Made by a program: the position numbers and the translations under genes. A stretch of 63,906 bases of DNA, counting the filler, from Thermoplasmatota archaeon (lineage in GTDB: Archaea; Thermoplasmatota; E2; JACPAO01; JAHFTW01), in the NCBI GenBank assembly GCA_041623215.1. It is 3 parts of 3 records of this genome, joined end to end, with 100 filler letters (N's around TTAATTAATTAA, not from the genome) between each part and the next. Parts side by side here need not be neighbours in the genome. Positions count along the whole stretch, not along the records: positions 1 to 29,513 come from JBFJXH010000008.1; 2 more parts are not named here. One strand, 5' to 3'. Positions 1 through 9,953 of the stretch are shown in pieces. Positions within the stretch are counted from its first letter, which is position 1. Every line of letters begins with the position of its first letter. The notes beneath the pieces are model-generated. The model worked only from the letters and a program-made list of their open reading frames with translations, ran no database searches and was not told where the DNA came from.

Positions 1-1
1 A

Positions 2-241
2 GCCCTGCACGACGGCAAGGGCGACGTGCCCTTGCGGGAGTTGGTCAGTGGCCAAATCATCAGCATCTTCCCAGACGAACTTCTGTACTGTGCCCGCGAC
101 CGGTTGCACGAAGAAGACGTGGGACGGCTTCTTGTGGTGGACCCCGTAAACCAACAGCACCTCATCGGCATCGTGACCCGCACAGACCTTCTGCACGCCG
201 AGGCCGAACACGACGTTGAGCACACCGACTCGTTCACATGA
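2..241 (+). CDS. CBS-domain protein, C-terminal fragment (5' truncated by the window edge)
   Basis: Frame is open from base 2 (ALHDGKGDVPLREL...). Segment VGRLLVVDP...LIGIVTRTDLL is a typical CBS motif. Confidence 0.75.
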   Translation, partial: ALHDGKGDVPLRELVSGQIISIFPDELLYCARDRLHEEDVGRLLVVDPVNQQHLIGIVTRTDLLHAEAEHDVEHTDSFT

Positions 242-325
242 TGCCCCTCCAGCAGGGCAGCGCTTGCCTCTGACCTGGCGCCAGGGGACGCGCTCGTTTT
301 ATGGGCCACCTGGGTCGGCCCGCCC

Positions 326-1882
326 ATGACCCAGACCACGATGAGTTCCCACGCCAGCCTCCTGGAAGAATTGGGCATTGACGCATCGAAGCCGGTCGCC
401 GGAACCCACGATGGCCACGCCTGGAGCGGCAACGGACCAACGCGCGACGTGACGACGCCGATTGATGACGGCCTATTGGCCACGGTGCACGACGGCACGG
501 CCGAAGACGTGGACCGCTGCATTACCACGGCGCATGAGGCGTTCCTTGAATGGCGCACGGTCCCCGCGCCGCTTCGCGGTGATATTGTGCGGCAATGGGG
601 CGACCGCCTGCGTGAACTCAAGGAACCCCTGGGTCGTTTGGTCAGCATTGAGATGGGAAAGAGCCTGCAAGAAGGCCTTGGTGAAGTGCAGGAAATCATC
701 GACATCTGCGACTTTGCCACCGGCCTTTCGCGTCAATTGTACGGCAAAACCATGCACAGCGAACGCCCGCAGCACCGCATGTATGAGCAATGGCACCCCT
801 TGGGCGTCGTCGGCGTCGTCACCGCATTCAACTTCCCCATGGCGGTGTATGGCTGGAATGCAGCGCTGGCACTCGTCTGCGGCGACACGGTTGTGTGGAA
901 GCCCAGCGAAAAGACCCCAATCACCGCAGTAGCGCTACACCAAACGCTCCACGATGTGCTGGCCCAAGCCGGACACGCAGGCGTTGCCACACTCGTGCAG
1001 GGTGCCGCCGACCCGGTGGGGGAGGCCCTCATCAACGACAAGCGCGTGCCCCTTGTGAGTGCCACCGGCTCGTGCCGCATGGGCTACCGCGTCGGCGAAG
1101 CTGTAGCCAGCCGAATGGGGCGTACCATTCTGGAATTGGGCGGCAACAACGGCATCATCGTAGCACCGTCCGCCGACTTGGACCTCGCCGTCCGGGGCGT
1201 ACTGTTTGGCGCCGTCGGCACAGCCGGCCAGCGCTGCACCAGCACGCGACGCGTCTTCCTTCACAGCAGCATCAAGGACCAGTTCATCGCGGCGCTGGAG
1301 AAGGCCTACGGGCAAGTCACCGTCGGCGACCCCCTCGAAGCCGGCAACCTCATGGGACCCCTCATTGACGCCGACGCCGTGACGATGTTTGGCCAAGCAG
1401 TCGCGGCGGCCACGGACCAGGGCGCCAAGCTGTTGGCGGGGGGCAATGCGCGCAGCGACCTGGGCCAATGCTACGTGGAACCCACGCTCTTCGATTGCAC
1501 CGAGCTTGGCTTCAGGAACTTCCCGCTAGCCCAAGAGGAAACCTTTGCACCCGTGCTGTACCTGTTTGCCTACGACGAGTTTGATGACGTGCTGGCCATG
1601 CACAACGACGTGCGCCAAGGACTCTCCAGCGCCGTCTTCACGAACGACGTGCGCGAAATGGAGCGATTCCTCAGCCACGGCGGCAGTGACTGCGGCATCG
1701 CCAACATCAACATCGGCACCAGCGGCGCAGAGATTGGCGGTGCCTTCGGCGGCGAAAAGGAAACGGGTGGCGGCCGAGAATCGGGCAGCGACTCGTGGAA
1801 GCAATACATGCGTCGCCAGACGAACACCATCAACTGGGGCACCGACTTGCCCCTGGCCCAGGGCATCGAATTCAACCTTTAG
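326..1882 (+). CDS. Aldehyde dehydrogenase family 7 (antiquitin / alpha-aminoadipate semialdehyde dehydrogenase-like)
   Basis: Motifs TAFNFP, WKPSEKT, LELGGNN, GTAGQRCT (catalytic Cys), EETFAP, GAEIGGAFGGEKETGGGRESG. TTTTATG box ~25 nt upstream. Confidence 0.93.
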   Translation: MTQTTMSSHASLLEELGIDASKPVAGTHDGHAWSGNGPTRDVTTPIDDGLLATVHDGTAEDVDRCITTAHEAFLEWRTVPAPLRGDIVRQWGDRLRELKEPLGRLVSIEMGKSLQEGLGEVQEIIDICDFATGLSRQLYGKTMHSERPQHRMYEQWHPLGVVGVVTAFNFPMAVYGWNAALALVCGDTVVWKPSEKTPITAVALHQTLHDVLAQAGHAGVATLVQGAADPVGEALINDKRVPLVSATGSCRMGYRVGEAVASRMGRTILELGGNNGIIVAPSADLDLAVRGVLFGAVGTAGQRCTSTRRVFLHSSIKDQFIAALEKAYGQVTVGDPLEAGNLMGPLIDADAVTMFGQAVAAATDQGAKLLAGGNARSDLGQCYVEPTLFDCTELGFRNFPLAQEETFAPVLYLFAYDEFDDVLAMHNDVRQGLSSAVFTNDVREMERFLSHGGSDCGIANINIGTSGAEIGGAFGGEKETGGGRESGSDSWKQYMRRQTNTINWGTDLPLAQGIEFNL

Positions 1883-1957
1883 GTCGGTCGGTCCACAGCC
1901 GCCCTGCATGGGAGCGACGGTCGCTGCACCTAAGTTGGCACTTTGCCGTGCAGCCCC

Positions 1958-2650
1958 GTGGAGGCCTTGCGATGTCCGCGCTGCCAATGGCGGTTTCGAG
2001 TCGAGGCCGCCGGCATCACGCGATGCCCTGTTTGCCACCTGCAGGCACGGGTCCCGATGCACCAAGCCCTACCCTCCGACCCGGTCCTAGCAGCAGCCGA
2101 ACTTGAACGCGCATCCCGCCACCTTGTGGCCGCGCCCCTGGCCGGGGGCCGCAGCGGCAACATACGGGCCCCAGGCTGGGTCGTCCTTGCCACATTGTTG
2201 ACCCTAGGGCTAGCCGGCTTCTGGTGGTGGCACCGGTGGGCACGAGAAGTGGATGCATGGACCGGGCGACGCGGCGAGGTATCCAGAAGCGTCAGCGGCG
2301 GCCAACTCTTGGTAGCCGCTGGTTTGGCACTCCTGCTGCCTGCCTTGGCGTACACGCTTGCCACGCGCCCGCGTGGTTCCAGCCTCGGCGAACCAGCAGG
2401 GGCGATCGCCCTCGGGGCGCTGGGGGTTCTGCTCCTGGTGATTGGCTTCTCCGTCTGGTTGCAGGGCGCCTACACGGCTTGGGAGCACTTGGCTCGCGAT
2501 GAACGCCGGCGGCGTCACCCAACAGCCATGCTTCCTGAACTGCAACTTGCTCTCCATCTCATCCCAATCATCAATCTGGCCGGCCTATTGGCATCCATGC
2601 ATCGCACGCAGCGTGCCCTCAACGGCGCCTGGACGGGAACGCATACCTAG
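1958..2650 (+). CDS. Zn-ribbon membrane protein with DUF4234-like region
   Basis: CPRC...CPVC at the N-terminus, then about 4 hydrophobic helices with the pattern LLTLGLAGFWWW...Q..LN. GTG start chosen because a TATA-like CCTAAG lies ~25 nt upstream; the ORF is open from 1943. Confidence 0.6.
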   Translation: MEALRCPRCQWRFRVEAAGITRCPVCHLQARVPMHQALPSDPVLAAAELERASRHLVAAPLAGGRSGNIRAPGWVVLATLLTLGLAGFWWWHRWAREVDAWTGRRGEVSRSVSGGQLLVAAGLALLLPALAYTLATRPRGSSLGEPAGAIALGALGVLLLVIGFSVWLQGAYTAWEHLARDERRRRHPTAMLPELQLALHLIPIINLAGLLASMHRTQRALNGAWTGTHT

Positions 2651-2681
2651 GTCGCCTGGGACCGCGCGCACGGCAAGGCAG

Positions 2682-3059
2682 TTATTCCTCTTCACTGGAC
2701 GGCATCGGCGGCGCCCCGGGAACATCGAATAGCATGTCCAATTCACCCCACTCTCGCGTCTGGACCACGACATGGATGCGGTTGCCGCCGCGAAGCAGGT
2801 GGCCTTTCAATTCCAGCTCCACTTCGTCCCCCTTTGGAAAAAGGAAGGGTGTTACCGGCGTGATGCTGGCCAAGTCGGCTGCGCCGGCCCGAATCTTATT
2901 CGGCGGGTGGGCTACGCCGTTTACCACAATGTGCGGGGGAGACACAAGCGTCGCCATCCCCAACGGATTGTGGAGGGAGAAAGTGAAGCGCGCACCGGGA
3001 AGCTCGCGCAGGCTACCCCGCTTGTACAGCTTGCGAAGCAGGAACGCGGGCACGGCCAC
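2682..3059 (-). CDS. Hypothetical protein, probably beta-rich (VPAFLLRKLYKRGSL N-terminus)
   Basis: 125-aa ORF that fills the gap between flanking genes and has protein-like composition. Confidence 0.7.
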   Translation of the reverse strand: MAVPAFLLRKLYKRGSLRELPGARFTFSLHNPLGMATLVSPPHIVVNGVAHPPNKIRAGAADLASITPVTPFLFPKGDEVELELKGHLLRGGNRIHVVVQTREWGELDMLFDVPGAPPMPSSEEE

Positions 3060-3105
3060 AACGAGCGAGAGGCTGGGACTGACGTAAGGCTTGTTGTGAC
3101 GTTCG

Positions 3106-5733
3106 TCACACGGCGCCCTTGTCCGATGCCTGCTGATCCTCCGCAGCCTTGTCTCCGCGCCGGAAGTAAAACAGGGGAATGCACAGGAAGGTCAACGTGG
3201 TCATGATGATGATGGCGATGACTGCCGCCTGGAACATTTCGTAACTGCCACGGATGGCTCCTCGCGTGAACGCGAAGAACGATGCTGCCGTGGTGAAGCC
3301 GGAGTAGGCCACCGCTTTTCCAACGGTCTTGAAGACAAAGTGGGGGTCACGTTGCTTCTCCAAGTTCCACGTCAAATGGACCGCGTAATCTGAGCCTAAA
3401 CTCGTGATGAACGCGATGGGAATCATGAAGATGAACGCGAGGTCAATGTCCACAATCGGCGTCGGCAAGGCCCCAAGCCACCATACAAGGGCCAAGCCCA
3501 TGGGCGTCACCGTTGCCGCCACTGCCCGCAAGCTGCCACTGAACAGGAAGACAAGCGCGGCCACAATCGTGAGACTGATGGCGGTGGAAAGACTGAGCCA
3601 CTTGTTCGTGTAGCCATTGTACTTCTCGACGCCTGTGAGCGTTCCGAAGTAGTGGTTGTCCGTGGCCTGCGGGTCGGCCGTTGCCAGAATTGCCTGGGCG
3701 GCGGCATCCATCTTTTGCGTCGCCTCTTGGTCGATGTCAATGTTGACGAACGTAAGTGCCCACGCGATACTGTACGAGTCATCCATGAACGTCAACAGCA
3801 ATGGCGACCATTCCTCGCGCTCCAACATGTCGTCGTAGGCGGCCTTAATCTCCGCGTCATCCCAATCTTGGATGTAGCCGAAGTCGTTGTCCCAATCCTC
3901 ATCGAGACCTGTGAAACACTGCGGGGCATTCGGGTCACAAGGCACGAAGGCTCCACCCAGAATGACAGATTCGAGGACACCGGGTCCGGCGCTTCCCCCA
4001 CCATCTTTCAGGAGGGCATAGAGATTGAGAATGAAGGGAACAGAATTGACTGCTCCCCCGGCCTGCTGCACGAACGGATCTGCCTGCATCGCCTTGTGGA
4101 TGGCAATCATATCATCCACGGCTGCTCTTGTCGCCAGGCCCCCTGGCTCCCGCGCCTTCGTAATGATGGTTTCTTGCCCTTTCGCCTCAATCTTCTCCTG
4201 AAACCGCTCATACATGTCGAGCATGTGCGCGCGGTCTTCTTTGTGCGTCCACAATTCCTTCTGGGGCAGGTTGATTTCGACCGTGCCAATCACATACTCG
4301 GTCTTGGGGATGAAGGACCCGAAGACGATGGTCCCCACGAGCAAAACGGAGATTGTGAGCACCTTGTTTTTGCCAAAGAACGAAGCAACGCCGGCGATGA
4401 TGGTGCTGGGCCTGAACACTTCCTTGGCTTCGTTACGCACCGACAGTTGCAGCAGGGCCGGCAAGAACGTAATGGACAGGACGAAGATACTGAGAATCCC
4501 GAGCACCGTCGCCGTCCCGATTTCCACAATCATGGGCGAGGTACTGCTAATCATGACCGCGAAGCCACTAACGGTCGTTAGCGTCGAAATCATCAGGGCC
4601 ACGGCTCCGCGCCGGCCAATGAGGTCGAACGCTTCGGCGCTCGTTTCCACGTGTGCCCGTTCCGTGCCAAACTCGTTGATGATGTGAATGACGTAATCGA
4701 CGCCGACGCCCAAAAGTAGCGGGAACATGGCCATCGACACAAAACCGACCGAAACGCCACCAACCGTCATGCCGGCCAGGGTCCAGGTGAGAATAATGCC
4801 GACCGTCGTCACGCCAATGAGGGCCCGCTTGACATTGCGGAACAACAACAACAGCGTACCCGTCAGGAAAACGAATACCGCCGCGATGAACACTTGTGAC
4901 TCCTCTGCTACCTGCTCGTCGATGCGGTAAATCCAGGATTGAACGCCCCAGGAGTCGAAGTACGCCTCCTGCCAGATGTCCACCGTCTTCGGCACACCCG
5001 CCGCTCCGCTTTCTCCTACATCGAGACCCCGATAATCCTCGACAATCTCGTTGATGATGCCGCCCGTTTCCTTCTTGGAAATGTGGGTCGTGTCGGGGTC
5101 GTAAATGATGAACATGACGGCGGCGGCCTTGTCATCGCTGTGATACAACGCGACGGCCCCCGTTGAGTCAGCGGCCCCAAGGAGCTCTTGGACGGCATTG
5201 TGCTGCAGCTCATCAGGGGCTAGGCAAAAACAGCCGCCGGGAAATTGGTTGTAGATGAGCTTCTCGAAGTAGGGGAGGCTGGTGTGGGAAAGCACCTTGT
5301 CATGCCCGGTTCGGAACTCGAACTCCGCTTTGACGAAACGAAATAGCTCCTCCTGCGCCCGCAACGCCTCCATGCTGGATACGTCGCTTACCGCTACCAT
5401 GGGGCACGGGCCTGAGCCAGGCGGCGCTTGACCATTGCAGCGGGGGTCATCCGCATCAGGTGCCTGCGCCGCATCGGTCAACTCAAAGTAGACAATCTCC
5501 GAGTTAACGCCCGCCACCTCCTCGCGCAGTTCACGGAAGAAGTTGGCTTGCTCGTCATGCGTGGCAAAGTAACCGGACTGGATGTCCGTTTCTACATTGG
5601 GCTCCACCACGAGCAAGGTTGCCACGCTGCCAAGCGTGATGAGCGCCACGACGCCAATCACCGCCAAGGCGTGGCGCGCAGACCACTGCATCGTGTTTGA
5701 CAGGGCTTCTTGGACGCGCTCTGATACCGACAT
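3106..5733 (-). CDS. MMPL/RND-family membrane transporter
   Basis: Two halves, each with 1 TM, a large loop and 5 TM. GVGVDY and SLGSDY motifs. ATG at 5733 lies downstream of a TTTAAG box at ~5766-5771. Confidence 0.88.
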   Translation of the reverse strand: MSVSERVQEALSNTMQWSARHALAVIGVVALITLGSVATLLVVEPNVETDIQSGYFATHDEQANFFRELREEVAGVNSEIVYFELTDAAQAPDADDPRCNGQAPPGSGPCPMVAVSDVSSMEALRAQEELFRFVKAEFEFRTGHDKVLSHTSLPYFEKLIYNQFPGGCFCLAPDELQHNAVQELLGAADSTGAVALYHSDDKAAAVMFIIYDPDTTHISKKETGGIINEIVEDYRGLDVGESGAAGVPKTVDIWQEAYFDSWGVQSWIYRIDEQVAEESQVFIAAVFVFLTGTLLLLFRNVKRALIGVTTVGIILTWTLAGMTVGGVSVGFVSMAMFPLLLGVGVDYVIHIINEFGTERAHVETSAEAFDLIGRRGAVALMISTLTTVSGFAVMISSTSPMIVEIGTATVLGILSIFVLSITFLPALLQLSVRNEAKEVFRPSTIIAGVASFFGKNKVLTISVLLVGTIVFGSFIPKTEYVIGTVEINLPQKELWTHKEDRAHMLDMYERFQEKIEAKGQETIITKAREPGGLATRAAVDDMIAIHKAMQADPFVQQAGGAVNSVPFILNLYALLKDGGGSAGPGVLESVILGGAFVPCDPNAPQCFTGLDEDWDNDFGYIQDWDDAEIKAAYDDMLEREEWSPLLLTFMDDSYSIAWALTFVNIDIDQEATQKMDAAAQAILATADPQATDNHYFGTLTGVEKYNGYTNKWLSLSTAISLTIVAALVFLFSGSLRAVAATVTPMGLALVWWLGALPTPIVDIDLAFIFMIPIAFITSLGSDYAVHLTWNLEKQRDPHFVFKTVGKAVAYSGFTTAASFFAFTRGAIRGSYEMFQAAVIAIIIMTTLTFLCIPLFYFRRGDKAAEDQQASDKGAV

Positions 5734-5912
5734 GACCGACCCAAGCGGACACGGTCGCTGCCTCACTTAAAGGGGAGCGGGCTCGCCCGGGCGCCAGCTA
5801 CGATACCCAAGACGCCCAAGGGCACGCCAGCGCGGCGGCTACGCTCCGACGGAAGCCCCCGGCATGCCTGCCCAAACCTGCCTCAGCGCTGCACTTGGGC
5901 CCCAGTATACGA

Positions 5913-7469
5913 TTACTCGGCGCCGAAGAAGCCACGCAGCACGGGGTGCATTTCCATGGCTTGCTCTTTGGCAATCTGTTCGTAGGTACGAAGCAGAATA
6001 CCGACACACAGCAACAAGCCGGTGCCGCTTGCCTGCCCTACAGTGCCAAGCATGTCAGCAATGGCGGCCAAGCCCCCCACCGTCGCACCACCAATCACCG
6101 TGATGGTCGGAATATAGCGGCCCAGAATCTTCTGCAAGACACGCGGGTCGCGACGGAAGCCAGGGATTTGCATGCCCGACTTTTCAATCTGCTTGGCGAC
6201 CTGCTCGGGACCCATGTTGGTGGTCTCGACCCAGAACTTGGCGAACATGATGCTGCCGCCAACGAACAGGAACAGGTAGATGAAAATCTTCAGCAGAATC
6301 TGCCACGGCTCGTGGCCCGATGCCGCCAGGCCGTAGCGGGCGGGGTCAAACATGGGTAGGAACCAACTCGACAGGCCACTGAAGGCTGACAGGTACCAGG
6401 CGCCGCCCGCCACGGGTTGCGTGCTGCCGGGTGCGTAGGTTCCAATCCACCACGCCTTGCCGATGAGCGGAATCTGGCTGAAGGTCGGGTGCTGCCACAG
6501 GAGCAGACTGAAGATGTTGATGTTGGCAATCAGCGCCGCCATCAAGATCACCGGAATGTTGCTGGCGTAAATCAGCCGCAATGGGTAGCGGCCGCGGGCC
6601 CCGCGAACCTTGCCGTGCGCCAACGGAAGCTCGACGCGCGTCGATTCCGCGTACACCACGAAGAAGAAAATCGCCACCGTCGAGAAGAAGGTGATGATGG
6701 GATTGGGAAACTGCTGGTTGCCGATGAACATCTGCTCGAAGCCGCCGCCGTGAACCAAGCTGCCCACGCTGCGCTCCGTGAAGACGTAGATGATCATGGG
6801 CAGGGTGCCAACCGGCGGGTTGCCCACGGGGTCGTAGGCGTTGCCGGCGGTTACCGGTTGCCAGCTGAGCGTACCCGTGAAGAGCGCCTGACTCACACCT
6901 GCGGCGATGAACAAGCTAATCCCGGAGCCGATGCCCCACTTCTGGATGAGTTCGTCCATCAGGAAAACGATGACGCTGCCCATCGCCAATTGGGCGATGA
7001 TGATGGACCGAGCGCCGCCTGAACCAATCTGGTCAATCAGCCGGGCGTCAGGTTCCAAGAACCCGTATACTTGCGGGATGGATTCAACGAGAATGAACAG
7101 GACAACCAGAATTTTCTGAGTCCCTTGGTAGATGGCCTTGTCCTCGGCATTCGTCAAGTCCAAATTGATAATCTTGGCACCTGTGAAGAGCTGCATGACG
7201 ATGCTGCCGGTCACAATGGGGCCAATGCCCAGGTGAACAATGGTGCCGCTGGCACCGGCCAAGATGGCGCGGAAGCCTTCGAACAGGTCCAGCTGTGTTT
7301 GGCTCACGCCGAACAGGGTAATGTTGGCGAGTACGAAATACAGCATGAGACATGCCGTCGTCCACAGGAGCTTGGTCTTGAAGGACACGTGGCCCTCAGG
7401 CTTGCGGATAGCGGGCCAGCGCTCGATGAGCGGCTTGAAAGCGTAAAGGCGTGAACGGGTCGCGACCAT
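5913..7469 (-). CDS. secY: Preprotein translocase subunit SecY (archaeal)
   Basis: LGIGPIVT, DELIQKWGIGSGISLFIAAG, YASNIPVIL, IPGFRRDPR, GTGLLL. AGGAG SD before ATG at 7469. Confidence 0.97.
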   Translation of the reverse strand: MVATRSRLYAFKPLIERWPAIRKPEGHVSFKTKLLWTTACLMLYFVLANITLFGVSQTQLDLFEGFRAILAGASGTIVHLGIGPIVTGSIVMQLFTGAKIINLDLTNAEDKAIYQGTQKILVVLFILVESIPQVYGFLEPDARLIDQIGSGGARSIIIAQLAMGSVIVFLMDELIQKWGIGSGISLFIAAGVSQALFTGTLSWQPVTAGNAYDPVGNPPVGTLPMIIYVFTERSVGSLVHGGGFEQMFIGNQQFPNPIITFFSTVAIFFFVVYAESTRVELPLAHGKVRGARGRYPLRLIYASNIPVILMAALIANINIFSLLLWQHPTFSQIPLIGKAWWIGTYAPGSTQPVAGGAWYLSAFSGLSSWFLPMFDPARYGLAASGHEPWQILLKIFIYLFLFVGGSIMFAKFWVETTNMGPEQVAKQIEKSGMQIPGFRRDPRVLQKILGRYIPTITVIGGATVGGLAAIADMLGTVGQASGTGLLLCVGILLRTYEQIAKEQAMEMHPVLRGFFGAE

Positions 7470-7504
7470 GGTCGTCTCCTGGGAAGGTTTGCGGCCACCC
7501 ACCG

Positions 7505-7520
7505 CCGCGTTTTAAGGGTG
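7505..7520 (-). promoter_or_regulatory. Putative TATA box of secY (CCCTTAAAAC)
   Basis: AT-rich box ~40 nt upstream of the secY ATG, following a pyrimidine tract after uL15. Confidence 0.5.
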
Positions 7521-7573
7521 TCAGGGAGAGAATGGGAGAAGGTACGGGGCGAAGCAAGCGTGCCTGGCGGCAA

Positions 7574-8011
7574 TCAAGCGTCGTCGTCGGAGCCGGCGTC
7601 GGCCGAAAGGACGACGCTGCCACCGGCGGCTTGCACCTTAGCAACCGCCCGGTCAGTGGCCTTGGCCACGGTGACCTTGACGGGTGCCGCAATGCTGCCA
7701 CTGCCCAGGAGCTTGGTGTAGCCGTGCGCCGCCAAGTCAACTTCTTCACTGCCAAAGGCGGCGAGATCGCTGACGTTGAGCGTCACATCAGCCGGCGTGC
7801 GGCTCTTGCTGGTGAAACCGGTGCGGCCCCACGGGCGAGCAGCCAAGTGAGGGTGCTTGCCACCAAGAACTTGCAGTTGCAGGAAGCGGTGCTTGTTGGC
7901 ACCGGCGCGGCCGCGACCACCCTTGAGACCAGCGCCGCGGCGGGCCTTGCGACCGGCGCCGTGTGTGCGGCTGGCGCCACGGTACTTCTTGGCGCGTTCT
8001 CCTTTGGCCAT
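7574..8011 (-). CDS. rpl15: 50S ribosomal protein uL15
   Basis: RGASRTHGAG...GGRGRAG and KLLGSG motifs; position just before secY. Confidence 0.95.
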   Translation of the reverse strand: MAKGERAKKYRGASRTHGAGRKARRGAGLKGGRGRAGANKHRFLQLQVLGGKHPHLAARPWGRTGFTSKSRTPADVTLNVSDLAAFGSEEVDLAAHGYTKLLGSGSIAAPVKVTVAKATDRAVAKVQAAGGSVVLSADAGSDDDA

Positions 8012-8475
8012 TAAATCATCCTCCCGACGAGGTCGTTAATGGCATCGCCACGGTACCCGAGAGCACCGCCGGCTTGGTAGGAGCGCTTGATGCCCTCCAG
8101 ACCCTTCTTGGCAGGAGCCAAGCGAAGGAGCGGTTTGACCTCAGCCAAGTCCTTGTACTGGTAGTCCCCAGCGACGATGGCGGCAGCCAAGGCGTCGATG
8201 TCGGCAAAGTCCGTGTTGGCCTTGACGTGAGCGTCCGTGAGGGGCTTGTCGCCAACCAGGCGTCCGCGAGCGCGGATTGCCGCAGCGAGCGTCTCGGCGG
8301 AGACTTCGCCCCAGGTAACGTAGTCCTTGGCGACTTGCAGCATGCCCTTCGTGGTCTCGTTCTCAGGGAGAACAACCGCGTGGTTGACGCGAGTAAGGCG
8401 CATGTAGCGCAGGGTGTCCTTGATCTTCGGGTTGACGTTGATCTGGCCACGGAGCCGAATGACAGAGTAGGCCAT
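8011..8475 (-). CDS. rpl30: 50S ribosomal protein uL30 (long archaeal form)
   Basis: TLRYMRLTRVNH, VTWGE, GGALGYRG; operon order. Confidence 0.95.
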   Translation of the reverse strand: MAYSVIRLRGQINVNPKIKDTLRYMRLTRVNHAVVLPENETTKGMLQVAKDYVTWGEVSAETLAAAIRARGRLVGDKPLTDAHVKANTDFADIDALAAAIVAGDYQYKDLAEVKPLLRLAPAKKGLEGIKRSYQAGGALGYRGDAINDLVGRMI

Positions 8476-9423
8476 TTAGCTCGCCTCCACGGTGATGGCG
8501 CCACTGGCCGGCGGGGCCGCAGATTCGCGGTCGTCATCGCCATCAGCGCCGGGCATCTTGGCTTCGTGCACCTTCTGGGCACCTGCCGTGAATTGCGTGC
8601 GAGCTTGCTGCTCTTCCGTGAACCGAATCGTGTTCAGGTTGTCAAGAGCCAGCATGAGCGCCTTGGCGTAGTTCACCGTGGTGCGCGTTTGGCCACGACT
8701 GGATACCCAGGCATCCTGGATGCCGGCCAAGCCGAGCACGCTACGAGCGACCTTACCGCCAACGAGGCCCGTACCTTGCGGCGCCGGGCGAATGGTGACT
8801 TCGGTGCTGGCGCACTTGCCGTGCGTCTGGTACGGAATGGAGAGCGGCGGGGCGCCCTCGGCAGATTGCCAGGAACCCGCGCCGCGGCGCACTTCGACCA
8901 TGTGGATCTTGGCGCGGTCAATGGCGCGTCGGATGGTAGGCCCAACTTCCTTGCCCTTGACGCGGCCGAGGCCAACGAAGCCATCCTTGTTGCCAACCAC
9001 ACAGGTGATGGCAAAACGCATCCGACGACCGGAGTCCGTCATGCGCTGGACCATGTTCACGTCCAGCACTTCGTCCTCAAGTTCCGGCAAGAGGATGTCC
9101 ACGATTTCCGGCTCGCGAAGCGGGTAACCCGTTGCCAGCGCGGCACTCATGTTGGTAATCTCACCCTTCTTGACCATCTTGCCAAGGCGGGTCTTGGGTT
9201 CCCACGTTTGCAAGTGGGCCTTGTCGTCACGGCGCGGTTTGCCACCGCGTCCGCCACGGCCACCGCGTCCGCCACGGCCACCGCGTCCACCGCGGCCACC
9301 GCGACCGCCACGGTCGCCGCCAGGTCCACCTTCACGCCGGGGACCACCAGGGCCGCCGCCGCGCGAACGGGGTCCGCCACGGCCGGGGGCCGGGGCGGGC
9401 TTGCTGCTTGCTTCTTCACTCAT
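8476..9423 (-). CDS. rps5: 30S ribosomal protein uS5 with (RGG)8 N-terminal extension
   Basis: WEPKTRLG, EPEIVD, VQRMTDSGRR, PAPQGTGL, GQTRTTVNYAKA. Confidence 0.96.
   Translation of the reverse strand: MSEEASSKPAPAPGRGGPRSRGGGPGGPRREGGPGGDRGGRGGRGGRGGRGGRGGRGGRGGKPRRDDKAHLQTWEPKTRLGKMVKKGEITNMSAALATGYPLREPEIVDILLPELEDEVLDVNMVQRMTDSGRRMRFAITCVVGNKDGFVGLGRVKGKEVGPTIRRAIDRAKIHMVEVRRGAGSWQSAEGAPPLSIPYQTHGKCASTEVTIRPAPQGTGLVGGKVARSVLGLAGIQDAWVSSRGQTRTTVNYAKALMLALDNLNTIRFTEEQQARTQFTAGAQKVHEAKMPGADGDDDRESAAPPASGAITVEAS
9241..9312 (-). repeat. Coding tandem repeat encoding eight consecutive RGG
   Basis: Degenerate 9/18-bp repeat (gccaccgcgtccgccacg...) inside uS5. Confidence 0.9.
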
Positions 9424-9953
9424 TCTTCTTCCTCGGTCGTTGCCTTAGCCGCCGGCATACCGCCACCAATGGCGGCGCGGACGGCCTCGAAGTCGTTTGC
9501 TTGGTCAAGGAACGCGCCGGTGAGGCGGTCCTCGGTGGGGAACATCTCGTCGTCGCCGTGGGGCACCCAGACATCAGCGTCCAGGACACCCTTCAGGGCG
9601 GCGTACACCTTGCTGCCGCGAACGGGCGCGTGGCGGCCGATGTCAAGGACTGCGTCCTCGATGCCGGCTTCCTTGGCGCGCTTGCCGGCCAAGAGACCGG
9701 TCAAGTAGGCTGCGGGCGTGCTCTTGGCACTGTTCTTCCAGCCCATCTTGGAGAGCTCTTGCGCAACCGCAGTCGCCTTCACTTGGTCGCCCGTCTCTTC
9801 CCAGTCAACAAACTGGACGATGACGTTGCCACCAGTGCGGCGCACCACGAGGCGCGTTTCGCCGCTCTTCAACAGAGCGAGGCGTTTCTTGTAGTCGGTG
9901 TGACCGGTGCGCCGGCGGCGCATCGGGACGCGGGTACGGGGTCCGGCTGCCAT
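9420..9953 (-). CDS. rpl18: 50S ribosomal protein uL18
   Basis: RRRRTGHTDYKKRLALLKS, RLVVRR, AAYLTGLLAG. Confidence 0.95.
   Translation of the reverse strand: MAAGPRTRVPMRRRRTGHTDYKKRLALLKSGETRLVVRRTGGNVIVQFVDWEETGDQVKATAVAQELSKMGWKNSAKSTPAAYLTGLLAGKRAKEAGIEDAVLDIGRHAPVRGSKVYAALKGVLDADVWVPHGDDEMFPTEDRLTGAFLDQANDFEAVRAAIGGGMPAAKATTEEEE

Noticed and set aside
9241..9312. Tandem repeat as CRISPR or contingency locus
   Set aside because: No spacers; it is an in-frame coding RGG repeat with varied codons.
7963..9708. 581-aa plus-strand ORF, and similar long ORFs at 15910-17211, 17255-18298, 19166-20302, 22944-24245 and 24365-25783
   Set aside because: Antisense shadows of ribosomal and ATPase genes, expected with high GC3; no recognisable motifs.
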